Virus record (IMG/VR): IMGVR_UViG_3300005573_000128
Location: 1 to 49,096 of that record
Length of the DNA stretch: 49,096 bases
Strand: one strand, 5' to 3'
Source: a virus
Taxonomy: Duplodnaviria > Caudoviricetes
Each line of letters begins with the position of its first letter. Within the stretch, counting starts at the first letter, position 1. The notes beneath the pieces were generated by a model. The model saw only the letters and a program-made list of their open reading frames with translations. It was not told the origin of the DNA and ran no database searches. Of this stretch, positions 18,465-32,000 are shown in pieces. The translations under genes were made by a program, and so were the position numbers.

Positions 18465-19163
18465 ATGGGATTTTTAGAAGCTTTATTTGGTGGAGATTAT
18501 AATTATTTAAAACAATTATCTTCAATTCAGGAAGAAGAGCAAAAGGTTTTAAAAGAACAGATTGAAAAATTAAAAGAAAGGCAGATTAAAGAATTAGAAG
18601 ATAAATTATCTAATTTAGGACTTCTAAGAAGCGGAATAGCACAAAGGCAATTAGCAGATATTATTGCTCAGGCAGAATTACCATTAAAACAATTAGCAAT
18701 AGAACAATCGGCGGAAAGGGCTCGTTTAAAAGAGCAGATTAAACGCATACAAGCCCAAAAAGGCGGAACAATATTATCTGGCCTTGCTTCTTTAGCAGGA
18801 TTAGGATTAGGTTCAGCTTTTGGAGCACCACAAATCGGAATGACAATTGGCAGTTTATTAGGACAACTTGGTTCTGCTCTATTTGGAACTATGCCAGATA
18901 TGAAAAGTGATATTAGTTCATTGGCTTATATATTGGCTTTAAATAAGATTGTGAAAGAATGGAAAAAAATATTAGAACCCACAGAAACATCGAATTCATT
19001 TGAGTTATCTCAATTAACACCAGAACAAGTAATAACCTCATTATTCTCAATACAACCAAAAACTTGGAAAACTTCGTCTGAATTAGAAGATAAAATAATT
19101 AAAGATGTATTAGAAAGAATTAGAAAAAATTTAGGGGAAGTTACCCAAGGAGAACTTAAATAA
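18465..19163 (+). CDS. putative DNA ejection (internal virion) protein
   Basis: LGLLRSG motif, coiled coil and Gly-rich hydrophobic segment. Confidence 0.55.
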   Translation: MGFLEALFGGDYNYLKQLSSIQEEEQKVLKEQIEKLKERQIKELEDKLSNLGLLRSGIAQRQLADIIAQAELPLKQLAIEQSAERARLKEQIKRIQAQKGGTILSGLASLAGLGLGSAFGAPQIGMTIGSLLGQLGSALFGTMPDMKSDISSLAYILALNKIVKEWKKILEPTETSNSFELSQLTPEQVITSLFSIQPKTWKTSSELEDKIIKDVLERIRKNLGEVTQGELK

Positions 19164-19174
19164 GGGAGGTAAAA

Positions 19175-20023
19175 ATGGCTACCAGACGAAGTGATTTAGA
19201 ATTTTTGATACCCCAAACAAGCGGAATAGGAGATATAGTCACTGCTATTACTGAAAAGGTAAAAGAAAATGAGCTTAATATTCTAAAATTATTATACGAA
19301 AAAGGGAAAGAAGAAAAGCAAATGATAAAAGAAAGGTTAGCAAATTTAGCTTATGTAGATGCTTTAAGTAATATAACGATAAAAGAAGAAACTGTAGATG
19401 AGAAGGGTAATGTTGTTTTTAAAGAAAGACCATTATTAAATGTTGAAACATTAAAAAATTTAGCAGATGTCGCTTATTTTATGCCACAAAAAGATTTTTT
19501 AACTACAGTAGATAACTTAATAGAAAGACTAATAAGACAAGGAACTGCTACAGGAGAGCAACTTACCCAATTAAAGCGGATACAAGAAGATGCTCGTTTA
19601 AGACAACAACAACAACAAATAACCGAAGCTTATTGGACGGCTTTAACGGGGATAGCTAAGGAAAGGTTAGATATTACGGAAATGGGTAATATATTAGATT
19701 TTGTTGCTCGTTGGAAGACAGGGGTCAATATGCGAGACCTTATAAATTTATATTTTGCTCAGTTTGCCGGAATATTACCTCAAACTTCTCAACAATCTCA
19801 AGGTTTGGGTAAACAATCACAGCGATCAAATGTTACGGATACCTTAAGGCAACAATTTTTATTTCCTCAACAGCAATTACAATCATTTTTTTCTTCCCAA
19901 TTACCTTATATTAGTAAACAAGATATGTTGGAATATATAAAATTTTTTTACGAATTAAAGGAAGCTTATAAAGAGGCTAAAAAGCAATATGAAAAAGAAC
20001 AAGCCTTAAAAGGGGAAAGATAA
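19175..20023 (+). CDS. putative DNA ejection protein
   Basis: Q-rich and helical; GGGAGGT RBS; position. Confidence 0.5.
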   Translation: MATRRSDLEFLIPQTSGIGDIVTAITEKVKENELNILKLLYEKGKEEKQMIKERLANLAYVDALSNITIKEETVDEKGNVVFKERPLLNVETLKNLADVAYFMPQKDFLTTVDNLIERLIRQGTATGEQLTQLKRIQEDARLRQQQQQITEAYWTALTGIAKERLDITEMGNILDFVARWKTGVNMRDLINLYFAQFAGILPQTSQQSQGLGKQSQRSNVTDTLRQQFLFPQQQLQSFFSSQLPYISKQDMLEYIKFFYELKEAYKEAKKQYEKEQALKGER

Positions 20024-20033
20024 ATAATAAATA

Positions 20034-23000
20034 ATGAGTTATTGGAAATATTTAAAATTATTAGATTTAAATGAAGAAAAATTAAAGAAAGAAGAAGCAC
20101 TTCCTGTTTCGTCTAATTTAGGTGATGTAGGGGAATATATAGAACAAATACGAAATTACTTAATAAAAGGCATTACTCCTCCTTTTGAAAAATTTTCTGT
20201 TTTTAAAGAAACTAATAATTATCTTTTTGAAAAATTTAGAATACTTGCTTCCTCTAATTACGAATTTTTAAAAACCTTAGAAGCGGAAAATTCATCTTTG
20301 CTTCAGCTTTTTCTTAAAGATACAAAGAAAAAAAAGTTAGACGAAGTTTCACCTCAAGAGATAGAAAATAATCCTAAAGTTCAAGATTTGAAAGCTTTAT
20401 ATCTTTATCAACATATTGGTGACCCAGAAATTGCCAAAATGTTTTATTCTTATTTATTAGATTATTATCTTGATAATAAATTTGATATAAGAAAGGGAGA
20501 AATATTATCACAAAATTTTAAAGATATTAAAAATTTATTAAATTATGCTTCTACAAAACTTCCTGAGATAAAAAAACAAGTAGAAACTTTATCACCAGAA
20601 GGCATAAAAATAGATTTTAAGCAATTAGATTTTAGTGAGGTTGATGATTTATATTGGGCAACAGATGAATTATTAGATACCCTTGCTCCTTATATTCCAG
20701 AAGAAAAAAAGAAAAAATTAAAAGAACTTGTGAAATTTCTTGATGAAAAAGCTACTGAACTTTCATTAAATCACGAAGATTTTTTTACTTCCGATAAAAG
20801 AATAGATAAAAATAGAGTATTAGAAGAACTCCAAGAACTAATTGATAGAAGTGAGAAAGAAGTTTTTCCTGGTTTAGCTGATTATTTTTTACCTCAAATT
20901 AAAACACAACTTTCAAAAAGAATTGCCCAACCACCCCAAAAAACTTTTTTAGAAAAGCTTACTCCTTTAACTCCTTCAGAGGAAGCATGGCGTTCTCTTT
21001 CTAAAATTCAATTAAGCCCAGAGAAAGAAGAAGTTTTAAAATATATAAATGAAAAAAAGATTTCTTTGCTTTCAGAAAATAAAATTAAAGAATTAACAGA
21101 AAGCTTTCCGATAATTACCGGAATTCCCAAAGAAGAATTAAGAAATAATTTAAATAGATTAGCTTTAAGTATTTTACCAGATATAGAGTTTTTTAATGTA
21201 TTTGGAGAAATAGTTTCTCAAGTAGAAGAAACTAAAGCATATCTAAATTCTACAGAGCAAATTGCTTTTGAAACAGCTGTATGGCATAGTTTGCCCGAAA
21301 ATCTTAAAATTGGATACCAATTATGGAGATTTACTGGAAGTCTTGTAGAACCGATAGTTTCTAATTTTTATAAGACAAAATATGCTGATGTAGAAAAGAT
21401 ATTTTATGTTAATTCTCAGAAAACTCTTTACGAAACAGTAAAAAAGATAAAAGAACAAAAAGGAATAGATGCTACAGATATTCTTTTATTAGATGCTTTT
21501 GGCGAATATAAAAAAGCTGTTCAGACAGCTCCTTTTTTGATAAATGAAGAAAAATCTTTAGCTACAATGGCAAAATGGATAATAGAATATATGCCAATTA
21601 CAGCCATAAAAGCTGGGCTTATAACATTGGGAGCACCAGGAGTTATTGCTACAGTTTTATCTACTGTTGCTGGTGCGGAATTAAGATCACAACTTGTTAA
21701 AAATTTAAATGATAAAGCTTATGAAATTGCTTTAGAACCAATTCAAATAGATACCCAAGAAGGCGGAATAATAATAAAAGGTGCTTTAAGAGATTTAAAA
21801 ACTTCTCAATTAATAGCAAGATTAGATGAATATACAGAAATTGGAACTGAGCAAGCAGGTGAATTATTTTTGGATACATTTTTCAAAGCTTTATTTAGCG
21901 GAATATCAAGTAAACTCCCATTCTTAAAATTACTTACTGATACTCCAATCTTAAAAAGATTGTTTGTTTTTCAACCTTTAAACTCTTGGGCTTCCGAAAT
22001 TGGTGAGGAATTATTAGCAATGCCTTTAGAAAAATTATGGCGTGGTGAAAAAATAACTGGAAAAGATTTTATAAATACTGCCTGGGAGGCATTAAAAACA
22101 TTTACTATTTTCTATGGTTATACAAATTTACCTGCTAGTTTAGTTTTAAATAAAGGTTTAACAAATAAGGAAGTGGAAAATATTCTAACTTACATGAAAG
22201 AAAGCTCAAAAGCAGTTGATTATATAAAAGAAATTGATGGTGAACTTTATGTATTTGATGATTTTACAAAAGAAGGGGAAAATACTTATAAAGTGACTTT
22301 GGTAAATGTTAATGATAAAAATAAAACTCATATTGAAATTATTACAAAAGAACAAGCCGAGGATTTTTTCTCAGGTTTTAATCAACATCTTAATTCGGAA
22401 AAAGCAATAAATTTAGTTGGTGATGATATAGAAATCGTAAGAACACTTTTAAATTATGGTGATTGGAAAAAATTTTCTGAAAAATTTGGTCAAAAAATTG
22501 ATAAACCTGAAAGAATAGATGAGATGGATTTAGTTATGCTTCAAATACCAGAAGATTTTAAAAATAATCCTGTTTTTAAACCAATTGCTCAAATATTTGA
22601 AAAAGAAGGCTTTAAAGAATTTAGCTTATTAGTTTTCCATAAAATAGGGCAGGGAAAACAAGTAGAATTTATATCTTTTCCTTTGGATAATAATAAAATT
22701 TTAAGAATATCTCCAAAAATATTAAAAGATTTACAAGGATATGTTCAAATTTTAAATTTTAAAGATAATTTTCCAGAAGCTAATGATATTATAAATATTG
22801 CTAATTTAACCAAATTCGGGGAAAGTCTTGATATTTACTATATTAATTCTAAAGGTGAACAAGCAAAAATTTCCATTCCAAGAGAAGATTTTTCAAAAAT
22901 TAAAAAAGATAATAGGAAAGGAATTGATATTTTTAGAATTGGAAGTAAAACAATTCCTTTGGATAATATTTATGGTGCTATATTAAGAGGCATTGAAAAA

Positions 23001-26000
23001 AATATAGGTTTTCTTAATCCTGAATTTCTTTTAACAAAGAGAGGTGTTGAATTAGTTAGAACCAGAGAAGTTAAACCTCCTTATACTATTTATGGAATCA
23101 ACTGGTCTAAAGCATTGCCATATTTAGTTTCCGATGAATTAAAAATTTATATTTTAAATATACCTTTGTTTCCTTCTCAAAGACAGGCTCTAAAAATATT
23201 AGCAATTTTAAAAAGATTAAATGATATAAAAAAGGAGATTAATGAAATAAACGAATCATTAAAAACTGTTAGCGAAAAAGAAAAAGCAGATTTAAGCCTA
23301 AAATTAGAAAATTTACAAAAAGAACAAGAGAGATTAAATAATGAATTTAATAAAATTGCTAAAAAGTTTACGGGGGAATTAAAGAAAGATTTTATAATTC
23401 ATTATGCGTTTTTAAGAAAAGATGGAGATATTTCTATAAGGGAAGATAATTTTCCTGATTTCTTTAAAAATGTTGAAAAATATATAAAGGATAACTATAA
23501 AATGAGTTTAGAAGAATTTTTAGGAAAACACGATGCTCAATTGCTTGTTAAATTTAAAGATACTGGAAGCATAGTAATATCAAAAAAAGATGAAAAAGGC
23601 AGAAAAAAAGTTAAAAAAATAGCTGAGGATATAGTAGATGTCAGCGAAAATGATTTAAAAGATGCCGAAGTCAGCGTTTACGATTTTAGAATAGGTAAGG
23701 AGATTAATGATAAATTAAACGAAAGAGGTTATGAGGATCCAGATGTTATTTCATTTTTTGTGAGAAATTACGGCGAAAATAGTTTGAAAAGAATAATAAA
23801 ATTAGATTTAAAATATGAAGATTACATAGCTTTATTAAAAAATGGTTATAATATTAGTGATATCAAAAGATATATTTTTAAACCTTCGTTATCTCTAGAA
23901 AAAGCAAAAAATAATTTATCTCAAATGTTAAAATTTAAAAAAGAAGACTTTTTAAGCGGAGAAACTAAAATTGAAAAAGCTACAGAAGAAGAACCAAAGG
24001 AAGAAATGAAAGGAGTTGAAAAAGGAGAAGAAGAGAAAAAAGTTGAGGAAATTAGAAAAGCGGAAGAAGAAGGAGAACCAAAAGAAGAAATTGAAAAAGC
24101 GGAAGAAGAGGAAGATAGAATAGAACTTATAGAGGATAATCTAAAATTATTATTAGATTTAGGTTGGAACAGAGAATTATTGATAAGATATGTTAAAAAC
24201 AAAGAAATCATAGAAGATATTATTAAAAACAAAAAAAGTTTCTTTGATGTTTTTAAAGAAGTGGTTACTAAATATGGTTTTCGCCCAGAAGATTTGAATG
24301 ATATGGATTTAGAAGAGAAATATAGAAAAATTAATGGATTATATAATCCACAAGAAACTGTTTTTTATCCTTACCCTAGATTTATTAAAATCATTTTACA
24401 AAAAGAATTTAGCCACATTTTTTCCCATCATTTAAGTATTTTTTTAAATCCATTTGTATTATTTTGGCAAAAATGGAGACTTGATACACTTAATCATATT
24501 GATTTTATTGATGATTTAGAAGATACTAGTTTATCAGTGTTATTTTCTAAATTACAGCAAGATGGAATAATAAATTTTGAAAAATTTAGTAAAGAAGTAA
24601 CGCCAGATGTTATTCATAGATATATTTCAGGAGTAGAAAATAATAGAAAAGAGTTAAAAGATTTTTTAAAACAATCAAAAGAGTTCCAAGAATATTTTAC
24701 TAAATATTTGAGTTTATTAACAGAATTTTTTGATAAAATAGATAAATTAATAAGAGAATTTCCGTCTGAAAAATATTTTGATGAATTTAGTAGATTTTTA
24801 ATTTGGATTATCAAAAAATATTTAATAATAACAAAACTTGAAGTAGAAATAGAAGACAAGAAAACTGGAAGGAAAATAAAAGATTTCTTTCCTGTTCCGC
24901 TTTTTAAACTTTTTGATGAGGAATCAATAAAATTAGCAGAGAAAGGACTTGGAATGAAGATAGAGCCTTTTGAAGTTAAACCATTTGAGTTTTTGGAATA
25001 TAAAGGCAAAAGGGGAGTTCTAAAAATAGATGGAGCTTATGTAAAACTTAATGAAGAGAAAAAAGAAGTTGAATATTATAAAGAAATAAGACCAGAAAAA
25101 TACGAAAAAGCGTTTCAAGAAGTAATAAAGATATTAAAAAGATACTTTGAAATTGGATATGTTGTTAATAGAGAACAAGAAAAGGATTTCTTTGAATTCT
25201 TTAAAAAGCGGAAAATTGAAAATTATTATATTATTGAATTAAATGAACCAGTTTTATTTGCTTGGGATTTATTATACAATGATAAAAGTATTGATTATCA
25301 GAAATCTTTAAAAGAAATTATTTCTCTTCATATATATCCAAGTTTTGAAAATATACTTACTTATCTTAGAAAATTTATTGGGTTTGGATATTATGAGCAT
25401 GAAAAAGTTTCAAATTTTTATGCCGAATTAGAAAGATTCTTTGAAGATTTTTTTTCGCAAAAAGAAATTAATGTTAAAAATTTAAAAAGATATGCTATAG
25501 AAATGTATATTTTGATGGCAAATTTAAATGACGCTCTTAAGAAGAATACTTTTTATTATTTCATAGAAATAATTGATAATAAACTTTCTTCCAATGACCT
25601 AGCGAGTTTTCTTTATAATTATATTCCGTTTTATTTTGTTTATTATTCTTTAATTCCCACTTATTTAAATTTTGAAAATCTTCAATATCCTTTTAGTCCT
25701 CATTTTAGATTATCAACTTCAAGCGATTACAAGATTTTTCTTTCTGTTTTAAAGAATATGTTGGAAAATTCAGGTTTATATGATAAAAGTTTTTATCTTT
25801 TCTTTGGCAAAATTTTAAAGGGAAAAGAAAAATTAAATAACTTCGTAATTTTAAATTATGTTTTCAATAATATCAGAAGGATGCTTTTTAGATTAAAAAA
25901 TGATGTTATAAAAGGAAGAATAAAAGGAAAAGAGATAAATAATTTAAAATTTTTAGGAAATTTAGGTGAAAAAGAAATAAATGACCTTGCTTTAAAAGAG

Positions 26001-29000
26001 GCAAAAATTTTTCTTGAAAATTTAAAGGCGGAATTAAAAGAAGAAGCACTTCCTAAAAAACCACAAACAATTTTCAAGGTTTCTTCCCAAAATATTGGAA
26101 AAGTATTACAACTTTTAAAAACACTATATAAAAATAAAGATTTAACTAATAAAGCATTATATTTTTATCTTAGAATAGAAAAAGAAAGAAAAACAGTAGA
26201 ACTTTATTGGCGTGTAGAAAAAATTAGTGATGACAAAATTATATTCCATTATCCTATCTTTTGGGATACCGAATTACAACGCCAAGATGCCTTACAAATA
26301 CTTCAAAAATATGGAATTTCATTAGATACTTCAATAGGAAATGCGTTGAAAAAAATTGAAGAAATATTACAAGAACAATATAAAGAATTTATTAAAACTC
26401 AAGAAGTTGTTAAGCCAACACTAACTGAAAAAATTAAAAAGACCCCGGAATTTCTGACAAAGATAGATTCTAGATTAGAAGAACTTAAATTTAAATTAAA
26501 AGAAATTATAGAACAAAAAATAGCATTAGAAGAAACGCCAATTTCTCATATTTTGGGCAAAGAAGTATCTTTTAAAGAATTTGAAGACTTTTTAGTGGAA
26601 AATAAAATAAAAGAAATAGAATTTTCTTTGCCCGATATTTGGATTAATAAAACAAAAGAAGGCTTCATAATTTATCCTTACGATATTGTTAAGACCATTT
26701 TTGACCCTTATGGTCTTTCCGCTTCTGATATTGGTGTATTTCTTGATATTCCTTCTATATTAGATTATCTTTTAAGGCGGAAAGAAAATAAATATATAAA
26801 AAGCCTTCTTAATTTTATTGAAAAATTTAATCAATGGCTTAAAAAACAACCTCATTTACCTGAAATAATATTCCAAACTTTTGGTTTACATTCTCCTGAA
26901 AAAGAAGAGTTTTGGAATTTATTTGAAGGGAATACTAAAATTTATATTACTAAAAATCAAGGACAAATAACAGTTAACGATTTTACTTATTATTATAAAA
27001 GTATTAAAGAAAAGCAAAGAACGATTTTTTATGATGAAAACGAGATTTTAGTTCCTATACTTGTTTTTGAAGATGCGGAAGGTAATTTATTAATAGAAGA
27101 TTTAAAAATCAGATTTGATGAGGATGAAGGGGATTATGTATGTGACCAAAAATTAGAATTAAGAGATTTTTTAAGAATAATTACAAGTCATATAGATAAA
27201 ATTCCATCTTATATTTTTACCTTAAAAGAACAACTAGGTAGTAAGATTAAAAAACTTAAAAGATTCATTTTATTATATAACCCAGAAAGCGGAACTATAT
27301 TAGTTTTTAGAAGTGGCGAAAAAGAACTTTATTACGATGATATTAAATTTGAGGTTCAAAATAAAAAAGGAGAATTATATTCTTATCATGGTATTCCTAA
27401 AATTGATATGATTAAAAATATTGAATATTCTGGATATTTGAGGATACTTCTATCACCAATCCAAGATTTAGAAAAAAATTTTTGGAAAATTTCTCTTTCT
27501 AATTATGGCGAGAAAAAGTATGGTAAAATAAGATTTATTTATAATTTAAATTGGAAGGAAAATTTGCCTTTAAAAGAATTAGATAATTATAATGTTACTT
27601 ATTTTAATGACCCTAATCTTTATTTAATAAACGAACCACAAGAAAAATTTACAAAATTTTTAGAAACTTATCAGAAAAAAATAGTTAATGAAAATTTTGA
27701 TGTTATAAATAAAGAGCTTGATATTGCTTTTGTAAAGATTCCTGTTTTTCTTTTAAGAGAAACAGAAAGAGGCTATGAGGCTCAATCACAAGAAATTTCG
27801 CTGAAAAAATTTCTTGAAGATTTTTCACCAATTGAAAGGACAATAGAGCTTAATGATAATGATATATCATTGATTTTAAATTCTTTAGCTTCTTATAAAG
27901 ATGGTATAAATAAATTATATTCTTCTAGCGATTTTCTTGAACTTTTTTATAATATTTTACAATTTAATGAAATTTTTCAAAAAAAATTTTTAGAGGCACT
28001 TGAAATCAATGAAATACCTACTGATAAAGAATTAGAAATTAAATCAATTGCTAATCTTCTAGACTTTTTAGAAAATTTTTTGCCCAGAATGCCCTCAGAA
28101 ATTTTAGAAACAATTAAAAGATTACGAGAACTTTATGAAAAACTTGAAAAAGCCAAAAAATTACCTGAAACAAAGGAAAAATTAAATCAAAGAATAAAAG
28201 AATTAAATAGACAATTTAAAGAAGCAGAAAAAAATGAAGAAAAAGAAAAATTAATTAAAGAAATTAAAAAGGCGGAAAAAGAACTTATAGAATTAGAGAA
28301 ACTTGAAAAGGAATTATCTGAGAAAGAAAAATTAATTGATAAATTAAAAGAATTAGAAAAACTTGGAGAGAGCCGAGTGATTATAATGAAAAAAGCAAAA
28401 ATAGTTAGAAAAATAGAAGAATTAGAAAAATTTGGTGTAGAGGCAAGATTAGCTGGGGAAATAGAGGAAAATTCAAAATATCTTTTTAGATTATTTAGAA
28501 ATTTCTTAGAAAGAAAGAAATTACAGCAATTATTCTTGGATAAAATTTATGAATATTTTAAAAATGCTATTAATAAATTTCCGCAATTACCTAGTATAGA
28601 TGATTTATCTAAATTTTACGAAAAATATTATATAATTCCCAAAGAGCAATTTGAACAATTCCAAAGTAAAGTTTTATCAAAACTCAATGACGCGGAAAAA
28701 GCAATTATTTATTATCTACATCCATTCATTCTGACATTAAAAGATTTAGATTTATCAAAAATTGAAGACCCAATTGTGAGAAATGTTCTTAGTGGTATTA
28801 TAAATTTAATAAATGATAAAAGAGCGTTAGTTTTGATACTTTTGACAGGTGGCAGATTTCATTTTGATTTATTTCAAGCGTTTTTATATTTTTATATGAA
28901 ATCAACCCACGAATTATTAGAAACAAAGAATGTTGTATTTTTACCAAATATTCTTACCGCTTATTTACCATACTTTTTTGCTCCAGATGTAAAAGATGTA

Positions 29001-32000
29001 GATAATTTATGGCGTGATTTATATTTTTATTATCTTTTTGGTGAGCAACCTTCTGTTTTTGTATCAGGTGGTAAATTTGCTTTATATGAGCCTCGCCAAA
29101 TTATGATAGAAGGTGATATATTTGATATTTTAAAACAAAAATATGAATTATTTAGAGCAAATTCCCCGATTAAAAATTTAAAAGAATTTATAAAATACTA
29201 TTTCTTTGATACTTCTAGAGAAGTATTGGCAATATTTGTGATTAAAAACAATGAAATTAAAGAGATGCGATTATTGGGAATCGGTAATGAAGATAGTGTG
29301 ATACCCAGCGAAAATTATAAAGAAATTTATGAAGATTTAAAAGAAAAGTATCCCAAAGAAGAAGGATATATGCTTTTAGAAGTTCATAATCACCCAGCAA
29401 ATACATTGCCAACCATACATAATTTCAATTATTATTTTAGAATAAGAAGAGAATTAGGTTTTGACGCGGAATATTATAAGAGTGCTGTATTAACAGAAGA
29501 TTATATTTTCTTTATTGATGTTACGCCTGAGGAATATTCTAAAAATAAAGATTTTTATGAAAAGAATTTTCAAGGATATAAACTTTCAAAAATTTTAGAA
29601 AAATTTGAAGAAAAAGAAATACCATTTTTAAAAATCTATCCTTTAGAAGATTTTACTTCTAAATATATAATTCATTTTTATGACGATTATGTAATAAATA
29701 AAGAAAATTTTTGGAATGAAATTAGGCAAAGATTTAGTAATGTGGAAAATCCAGATGTTGTAGTATTTCCCGATACTTATGTTTCGCTTTTTGGTTATGA
29801 AATACCTAAACTTGAAAACGCGGAAACACTAAAAGAATTCTTCAAAAAACTTATGATAAATAATAGTTATAGACCATTTATGTATTTTATGGTTTTTATA
29901 AAAGACAAATTTCCACAAGAATGGGTTAGCACAGCTTTTGAAGAAGCAATAAAAGAAGTTGAAAAAGATTTAAAAACTAAAATAGTTGGTGAGTGTATTA
30001 TTTATGGATTTGATACTGATAGAAAACAAATTACAAAATTAGGCTATGCTAGAGTTTTACCAGTTAATATTTTTCCTCTTAGAGTTACCAAAGCAGATTT
30101 AGAACAATTGGAAAATTTCCCTTATCTTAAAGAAGAAATTAGTGAGGAAAAAGAAAAAAATAAAAGAATAGAACTTTTTATTAATGAATTAAATGATGCC
30201 ATAGAAACAGGAAAAGATGTTGAAGCGATTATTGATGGTTGGATAGAAAGAGGTATAACAGACGACATTAATACTTATATAGAAGCCGTTGCCGAAAGAA
30301 AAAAAATGGAAGCAAAATTATTTGATATGCCACAGGATTTTAGGGAATATATATTAGATTTTATACAAAGAACTGCTGGGGAAAAAATTACAATAACAAA
30401 TCTTATTAATGAAAGGATAGAGCCAAAGGAATTTGCTATAAGACCACCAACAACAGAAAAAGGAGAAGAAATTAAAGGAGAAGAAGCTGTTGGTGAAGCA
30501 GATATAACAGGAAAACGGATAGAAATGGAAGAAATTATGATAGAAGAAAAAAAGATTAAAATTCCAAAAATATATATTACAATTTTACAAAATAATTTTT
30601 ATATTCCTAAAGAGCAGGCGATAGAGGAATTAAAAAAGATGAAAGGCGATCCTATTAAAACATTTATTAATTTAGCTAGAATAACACAATATCCTACGAA
30701 AGAAGATATAAAGCGGAATCCTAATATTTTGTTAAATTCGGAATATATTCTAATTCATGAGATGTATGTTGATGAAAATGAAAAAATAATAAAATTTAAT
30801 ACTGAGAATGACGCAAAGGCTAGAGCTAGAATTTTAAATGAGGAACTACCTGATGAAGAACGATGGCAAGTTGGGAGAGCAAGAGATAAATACTTTTTAT
30901 ATCGTGATAAAATTATTTTGACGGATAGAATTGAAGAATTAAGTGTTAAAGATGAAAATTTAATAATAAAAGCAACTGGAGAAGAATATAGTTTTCCGCT
31001 TGATAATTTTATTCACGAAGAAAATCAGCAAGTATTTAATTTTTCTTTAGTTTTACAAGAGCTTACTGAGGATTCTATAAAAAGAACGCTAAGATATCTA
31101 CCTAATTATTATATAGCTCAAAAAACTGATAATTACGAAGACGCGGAAAAAGCTAAAGAAGAACTTTATAAAAGAGGATTTTCTGAAAAAGATTTAAAAA
31201 TTGAGGAATATAAACTCAAAGAAGGCGGAAGTGTATTTATAATTTGGGCAAGAAGAAGACATTTTGAAATTGCTATCTTAAAAGGATATGGAAAAATATT
31301 TTTTGAAGCAGTCCAAAAAATAAGAACTACTCCCTATTTCCCAGCAATGTTTAAATTAGCTCAACTTTATGTAAGATTACCTACATATCAAAGACAATTG
31401 CTAATGAAATTAATGGTTTTAGCAATGCTTTATAATTTAAATCTTACTAGAAGTATTGAGGAAGTTAATAATTTAATAAAAGAATTAAAATTATTAGAAA
31501 TTATCAAAAAAATCAAAAAAGATAGGCTTTTAAAAGACTTTTTTAAAAAGCTAAGCAATAAAATTGCTAAAAAGATAAGACCTGGGCAAGAAATTGCTAC
31601 AGACTTTATAACAAATAAAGCTAATGAAATTTTAGATGCTTATCCTCAAGAAGAAAAAGAGCAGTTAACAAAAATGTTAGAAACATTATATCTAATCAAA
31701 TGGTTAATTGAATCTTGGGAAAAAATAAGAACTACAGAAGAATTTCAAAAATTACAAGGAACTCCAGAAGGGCAAGCAGAAATTGCTCAGCAAGGCTTAA
31801 TGTCTATTGATAATTTACCAAATATAATAAGTCCTTATACAAATAAGGAAATTAGAATTTATGATTACATAGATAAAAATATATTAACAGAATTTCATTC
31901 GAAAATGAGCGAATTTTATGACAAACAAAGAAGAGAGATTGTTAGGGCTATTTTAATAGCTTCTGGTTTTGAAGAAGTCGATAAAGACCATTTTTGGCGT

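Noticed and set aside
23970-24115. Repeats within the giant gene as a diversity-generating or mobile element
   Set aside because: They encode a simple E/K-rich linker (KAEEE/EPKEE); no reverse transcriptase or template/variable repeat pair was found.
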